From assembly GCA_045863295.1 (NCBI GenBank), contig BTWA01000011.1, positions 64,001-128,000 of the forward strand: a stretch of DNA of 64,000 nucleotides. Direction: 5' to 3'. Source of the DNA: Candidatus Hydrogenedentota bacterium. GTDB lineage: Bacteria; Hydrogenedentota; Hydrogenedentia; Hydrogenedentales; SLHB01. A program made the position numbers and the translations under genes. Positions 59,530-64,000 of this stretch are shown piece after piece; position 1 is the first letter of the stretch; the number at the start of each line of letters is the position of its first letter. A model generated the notes under the pieces. It worked only from the letters and a program-made list of their open reading frames with translations, was not told the DNA's origin and made no database searches.

Positions 59530-59877
59530 ATGAAGCGCTGTTATAACTGCGGTGAGCCCTGGGAAAGCGTCCAGAAGCAGCCGGCTCCGAAGGATTTTTG
59601 CGCGAAGTGCGACGCCTATCTCCGGTGCTGCCGCAATTGCCGTTTCTTCGATCCTACCGTCAGCAAACAATGCCAGATACCCAATGTGGAATTGGTTACC
59701 GGCAAAGAGGCGGGCAATTTCTGCGACGAGTTCGATTTCGCGAATTCGGATTCCGCTCCCGCGGATTCCCAGGCCAAAGACACTGCGCGAACGGCGCTGG
59801 ACAGCCTGTTCGGAGACGTGCCGTCGGATGGGCCGGATGCCAAGCTTGACCGTTTTCGCGGGTTATTTGGCGACTAA
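59530..59877 (+). CDS. Hypothetical Cys-rich protein
   Basis: CYNC, CAKC, CCRNCRF, C..NFCDEF; divergent from Trm112. Confidence 0.8.
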   Translation: MKRCYNCGEPWESVQKQPAPKDFCAKCDAYLRCCRNCRFFDPTVSKQCQIPNVELVTGKEAGNFCDEFDFANSDSAPADSQAKDTARTALDSLFGDVPSDGPDAKLDRFRGLFGD

Positions 59878-60004
59878 TTCCTTGTAGCCGCCTTGTGGGA
59901 TTCAGCCCCTTCCGTCGCAAAGTGTTATATGTAAATTACTTACGATATCGCACCTAGACAACTTTCAGGCATCTTGGAAGCAGGGTTGATCTTTGTCTAT
60001 CAAA

Positions 60005-60024
60005 GTGATATCATATCAGTATCA
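60005..60024 (+). promoter_or_regulatory. Putative RHH/Arc operator
   Basis: TGATATCA palindrome with repeated TATCA units just before the AGGAG RBS. Confidence 0.55.
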
Positions 60025-60041
60025 ACCTTAGGAGAACTGAA

Positions 60042-60920
60042 ATGAACGTCACGTCTGAGCGCATGGTGCGCGTTCCGAATGGGTGGCCTTTGTTGATAGT
60101 CATGCTGGTGGCGATAGTAGCCATAGTCAGCATGATTATTCGGGGTGCGATACAGGAATCTCCCGGCGTGGTGATTCCCGGGGTTATCCTCCTGGCCTTG
60201 TGGGTGTTCATCGCCATCGGTTTTTACAAACTCCAGCCCAACGAGGGGGCTGTACTGATGTTGTTTGGCCAGTACAAGGGAACCTCCAAAGACCCTGGCC
60301 TACGGTGGACGAATCCGCTGTACACGAAGACGAAGGTCTCGTTGAGGCGGAGGAATTTTGACATGAACACGATCAAGGTCAACGATTTACGCGGCAATCC
60401 GATCGAGATAGCTGCGGTAATCGTGTGGCGTGTTCAAGACACGGCACGGGCGGTGTTTGACGTGGACAACTATGAACACTACGTGCGCGTGCAAAGCGAG
60501 TCCGCGCTGCGGCATCTTGCATTGTCCTACCCGTATGACACGTTCGACGGCGAAGTGCATTCATTGCGGGGCAGCGTCGACGAAGTGTCGGACAAGTTGC
60601 GATCCGAAGTACAGGATCGGGTGAGCGTTGCGGGCGTGGAAGTCGAGGAAACCCGTTTGAGCCATCTCGCGTACGCGCCGGAGATTGCCGGGGCCATGCT
60701 TCAACGGCAGCAGGCGGACGCAATAGTCGCGGCGCGCGCTCGAATTGTCGAAGGCGCGGTGGGGATGGTGGAAATGGCGCTGGACAAGCTGGAAGAGTAC
60801 GGCAAACTGGAATTCGACGAAGAGCGGAAGATGGCCATGGTCAGCAATCTGCTGGTCGTGTTGTGCGGTCACGAAAACGCGAAGCCGGTGGTGAATGCCG
60901 GCACGCTCTACACCGGGTGA
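60042..60920 (+). CDS. SPFH/band-7 domain membrane protein
   Basis: Two N-terminal [42 protein letters not shown]. Confidence 0.93.
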   Translation: MNVTSERMVRVPNGWPLLIVMLVAIVAIVSMIIRGAIQESPGVVIPGVILLALWVFIAIGFYKLQPNEGAVLMLFGQYKGTSKDPGLRWTNPLYTKTKVSLRRRNFDMNTIKVNDLRGNPIEIAAVIVWRVQDTARAVFDVDNYEHYVRVQSESALRHLALSYPYDTFDGEVHSLRGSVDEVSDKLRSEVQDRVSVAGVEVEETRLSHLAYAPEIAGAMLQRQQADAIVAARARIVEGAVGMVEMALDKLEEYGKLEFDEERKMAMVSNLLVVLCGHENAKPVVNAGTLYTG

Positions 60921-60929
60921 GCACATTCA

Positions 60930-61115
60930 GTGGCACAACGGAAAGGATTCTTACTTCGATTGCCTCCGGACTTACTGGACGAATTGAATCAGTGGGCCCG
61001 GGACGATCTGCGAAGTCTCAACGCACAGATTGAGTTTCTGTTGCGTGATGCGATTAAACAGCGCAAGCGTAATCGCGGAAGGGAGGATACTACGGATGTA
61101 CCGGGCGACGGCTGA
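60930..61115 (+). CDS. Arc-family ribbon-helix-helix DNA-binding protein
   Basis: KGFLLRL..WARDDLRSLNAQIEFLL. Confidence 0.9.
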   Translation: MAQRKGFLLRLPPDLLDELNQWARDDLRSLNAQIEFLLRDAIKQRKRNRGREDTTDVPGDG

Positions 61116-61542
61116 TTTTCGCGGCGATCCAGCGAAGGCCCTTGACAAGGCTCGCGACTTCCTTGCCGCGCAGAACTTTGAGGTATCACCCATTGGCGGA
61201 GGCCAGGTAATTGCGCGCAATACCAGCATTGGCTATACCTCCAAGAGGCCGTTCTCCGGCGCAACCCAGATCACTATCAGCATTTCGTCTTCCACGATCA
61301 CCCTTGATGCCGACCTATCCCGCGTTAAATGGTTTGGGGCAATGACAGCGGCGGGGATTGTTTTACTCGACATCGTAATGATATCAATCCTTTATGCTAC
61401 CGCTGGAAAGACTGCCGTTTACGCCGTGCTCTTCGCTACGGCGCCATGGGTTTTCCTGATTCCCATTATGTTCTCCCTGTTTCGCAAGCAAACGACCAAA
61501 GCACTCGATACCCTGATGCAGAATCTGAAATCCATGGGGTGA
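61096..61542 (+). CDS. Hypothetical membrane protein (paralog 1)
   Basis: GGAGG RBS; alpha/beta N-domain plus two TM; similar to the next gene. Confidence 0.75.
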   Translation: MYRATADFRGDPAKALDKARDFLAAQNFEVSPIGGGQVIARNTSIGYTSKRPFSGATQITISISSSTITLDADLSRVKWFGAMTAAGIVLLDIVMISILYATAGKTAVYAVLFATAPWVFLIPIMFSLFRKQTTKALDTLMQNLKSMG

Positions 61543-61546
61543 GGCC

Positions 61547-62017
61547 ATGTACCACACGACGGTCGAATTTCGTGGGGATCCCAACGAGGTCCTGTCGCGC
61601 ATGCGTGAGGTCTTGTTGTGCTATGGCTACCGAGTTTCCGATATCAGCGGAGGAATGATTACAGCGACGTTTCAACCCTCCGCGAAAGACCGAGAACAGC
61701 GAGGCAGCCTTGCGTGTGCCACAAGAATTGCCGTTTCTGCCTCCCGGTCCGGATTAACCGTGGAGGCCGACCTCTCGTCGGCCTTTCGCGTGGCGGTCGC
61801 GGTGGTGGTGATGTTTTTGGTTTTTGACGCGTTTCTGCTTTTTTTTGCTGTCTCCACGTGGGGTTTTGGATTTGCCGCGGCAGCCGCCGGCGTTTCGATT
61901 GTGGCGGCGCCCCTGCTTGTTTTTGGGATTGACCACGGCATTCGGCGTCAGTTTAAGGGGCAAATGCGCCGACTTCTTGTCGAGGCGGCGGTGGACTCGT
62001 CGCCACATTCACGTTAA
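61547..62017 (+). CDS. Hypothetical membrane protein (paralog 2)
   Basis: Shares MYxxTxxFRGDP, VSxIxGG, ATxI, ADLS with the previous gene. Confidence 0.75.
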   Translation: MYHTTVEFRGDPNEVLSRMREVLLCYGYRVSDISGGMITATFQPSAKDREQRGSLACATRIAVSASRSGLTVEADLSSAFRVAVAVVVMFLVFDAFLLFFAVSTWGFGFAAAAAGVSIVAAPLLVFGIDHGIRRQFKGQMRRLLVEAAVDSSPHSR

Positions 62018-62220
62018 TCGTAGTATTCATGGTTTGACGTCCAGTGAACCCGGTGGTACAGTCATGCGGGGCAAGTGTGCTTAAGGCTGACTGTGTTTTG
62101 GCCGATGGTAAGGCATAGCCGTGTTATGAGCAAACACGGCATGTGTTCATGGCTTACCATTGGCGGGCGGATCGACATTGGATATTTGTTTACAAACATT
62201 CGGCCGGATGAAGTACACCT

Positions 62221-63600
62221 ATGAATGCAGCTCCCGTGTTGGATAGTGCACACCCGTGGCGCATGCTGGTCGTCGACGACGAACCGGGCATGCGTCAGCT
62301 TTTGCAGGAAACGTTTTCCGATCGCGGCATCCATGTAACCACGGCTTCGAACGGCGAGAAGGCCATAGAGCTTCTTGAAAAGGAAGCGTTCGACGTGGTG
62401 ATTACCGATCTCAAGATGCCGGGGAGGGACGGCCTGTCCGTACTGCGCGCGGCTCGCACGACCACCAACGACACGCCGGTGATTATCTTGACGGCGTATG
62501 GGACGATTGAGACCGCAGTTGAAGCGATGCGGCTGGGTGCGCGGGATTTCATTGCGAAGCCGTTCAAACTTGCCGAAATCGACCTGAAAATCAACAAGAT
62601 ATTTGGATCCACGGGGTTGAGTGCTCGTGTGGCGTCGTTGCCGCAAGGAGACAGCGTGCGGCGCATCGTGGGGACGAGCGCCCCGACCCGCCAATTGCAC
62701 AAAATGATTGCGAAGATCGGGCCCACTCGCAGCTCGGTTTTGATAACGGGTCCGAGCGGCACGGGCAAGGAATTGGTAGCGCGCGCCATTCACGATGCAA
62801 GCACGCGTTGCAAGGGGCCGTTTGTCGCGCTGAACTGTGCGGCGCTTGCGCCGGGCGTTCTGGAAAGCGAGTTATTTGGCCACGAGAAGGGCGCATTCAC
62901 GGGGGCCGTGGGCCGGCGGATAGGGCGATTCGAGCGTGCCCACGGCGGGACCCTGTTCCTCGACGAAGTGGGCGAAATCGACCCCGGCATTCAAACGAAA
63001 TTGTTGCGGGTGCTTCAGGAAGGCGAATTCGAGCGCGTGGGCGGGGCTGAGACGGTTCGGGTGGACGTGCGGATAGTCGCGGCAACGAACCGTGAGCTTC
63101 GGGATGCGATTTCGCGCGGCTCGTTTCGCGAGGATTTCTATTATCGACTCAACGTGTTCTCGCTTCAGGTAGAGCCATTGCGGCGGCGCCCGGACGACAT
63201 TCCCGTGCTGGTTGATCACTTTTTAAGGCGGTTCAGCGAGGAAACGGGCAAAACGGTTACCGGCGTGGAAGATGAGATCATGAATCTGTTCATGAAGTAT
63301 CCCTGGCCGGGCAATGTGCGCGAGTTGGAAAACGTGCTCGAACGTGCGGTGGTACTTGCCGAGGGCGATACGATAACCCGGCAGGAAATCCCGCCGGAGT
63401 TGTTTTATCTGCAAGTGGAGCCGGAGGCGCCGTCTCCTGCATCCAACACTTCACTGGCGGAGTGCACGGATCGACTGGAATGCGAGATGATTGCGACGGC
63501 GCTGGACCGGTTTCATTGGAACAAGTCCAAGACGGCCGAGCACCTGGGCCTGAAGCGCACCACGCTTCAGTACAAGATCAAGAAGTACGGCTTGGAATAG
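62221..63600 (+). CDS. Sigma-54-dependent response regulator (NtrC/AtoC family)
   Basis: Receiver VVDDE/DLKMP/KP, GPSGTGKE, GAFTGA, WPGNVREL, Fis HTH. Confidence 0.96.
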   Translation: MNAAPVLDSAHPWRMLVVDDEPGMRQLLQETFSDRGIHVTTASNGEKAIELLEKEAFDVVITDLKMPGRDGLSVLRAARTTTNDTPVIILTAYGTIETAVEAMRLGARDFIAKPFKLAEIDLKINKIFGSTGLSARVASLPQGDSVRRIVGTSAPTRQLHKMIAKIGPTRSSVLITGPSGTGKELVARAIHDASTRCKGPFVALNCAALAPGVLESELFGHEKGAFTGAVGRRIGRFERAHGGTLFLDEVGEIDPGIQTKLLRVLQEGEFERVGGAETVRVDVRIVAATNRELRDAISRGSFREDFYYRLNVFSLQVEPLRRRPDDIPVLVDHFLRRFSEETGKTVTGVEDEIMNLFMKYPWPGNVRELENVLERAVVLAEGDTITRQEIPPELFYLQVEPEAPSPASNTSLAECTDRLECEMIATALDRFHWNKSKTAEHLGLKRTTLQYKIKKYGLE

Positions 63601-63693
63601 GGGGAGCGGAACGTCTTTCCGCAGCCGACAGCAGTCGAGTTGACGTATTACCTCTGTATTGATGGATTTTCATTGTTTTGCCGGGCACGTACC

Positions 63694-63709
63694 GGGTACA
63701 GTTTTCGCA
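63694..63709 (+). promoter_or_regulatory. Possible sigma-54 -24/-12 element
   Basis: GG-TACAGTTTTC-GCA (GG-N10-GC) about 50 nt upstream of ATG 63759. Confidence 0.3.
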
Positions 63710-63758
63710 GGTTTACTTTGTTTTTCGATATTTCACCATTGGATCTGAATCTGCACGC

Positions 63759-64000
63759 ATGAGAGTCATCAATGTTTCCAACCTCGCCCCGGGGATGAAG
63801 GTCGGCCGGCCCGTTGTGGACGATACGGGCCAGATTCTTCTCAACAAAGGGGTAAACCTTACCGAAGAGTATATCCGCGCACTTCAAGCCAAGAAATTCA
63901 CCGGCATTTACATTACCGACGAGAATATCGAAGTTACGATCGACGGTGACGACGATTTGAATCCGGTGACGCGTGCCAAAGCCATTTCAACCATTCGCAA
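63759..64000 (+). CDS. 5' part of a probable HD-GYP domain protein (runs off the window)
   Basis: MRVINVSNLAPGMKVGRPVVDDTGQILLNKGVNLTEEYIRAL..IYI, the typical HD-GYP N-terminal cap. Confidence 0.7.
   Translation, partial: MRVINVSNLAPGMKVGRPVVDDTGQILLNKGVNLTEEYIRALQAKKFTGIYITDENIEVTIDGDDDLNPVTRAKAISTIR

Noticed and set aside
60930..61542. Toxin-antitoxin pair (RHH plus downstream gene)
   Set aside because: The downstream protein has no known toxin motif, and the RHH fits the common SPFH-linked Arc regulator
1..64000. CRISPR arrays, tRNA/rRNA, prophage, integrase or transposase
   Set aside because: No regularly spaced repeats, RNA gene signatures or mobile-element proteins were recognised by eye

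Overview
GC-rich bacterial chromosomal segment with about 60 densely packed genes. FadL, TonB/TolA and ExbD domains point to a diderm. The gene content is reminiscent of PVC/Hydrogenedentes-type anaerobes, but that is inference only. Housekeeping genes include ppa, an IscS-type desulfurase, metF, a pyrC-like gene, an EF-G paralog, surE, glmS, glgC, dps and fur, mixed with carbohydrate and envelope enzymes and regulator modules that have readable operators. I found no rRNA, tRNA, CRISPR array, integrase or transposase. The most unusual loci are: (1) a translationally coupled operon of two dynamin-like GTPases plus a ~495-aa polytopic membrane protein; (2) an exported MEMO/AmmeB homolog that has lost its metal-site residues, paired with an intact AMMECR1/AmmeA and no radical SAM partner; (3) an orphan XPB-associated (Helicase_C_3)-WYL protein preceded by a stand-alone copy of one of its own subdomains; (4) a promoter-to-terminator Zn-ribbon/TPR operon containing a degenerate P1-nuclease/PLC-like domain; (5) a BlaI plus M56 sensor fused to HEAT, ExbD and Ig domains, with a perfect TACAnnTGTA operator. 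All family calls come from motif recognition by eye, not database searches. Start codons were re-chosen by hand where the ORF track over-extends.
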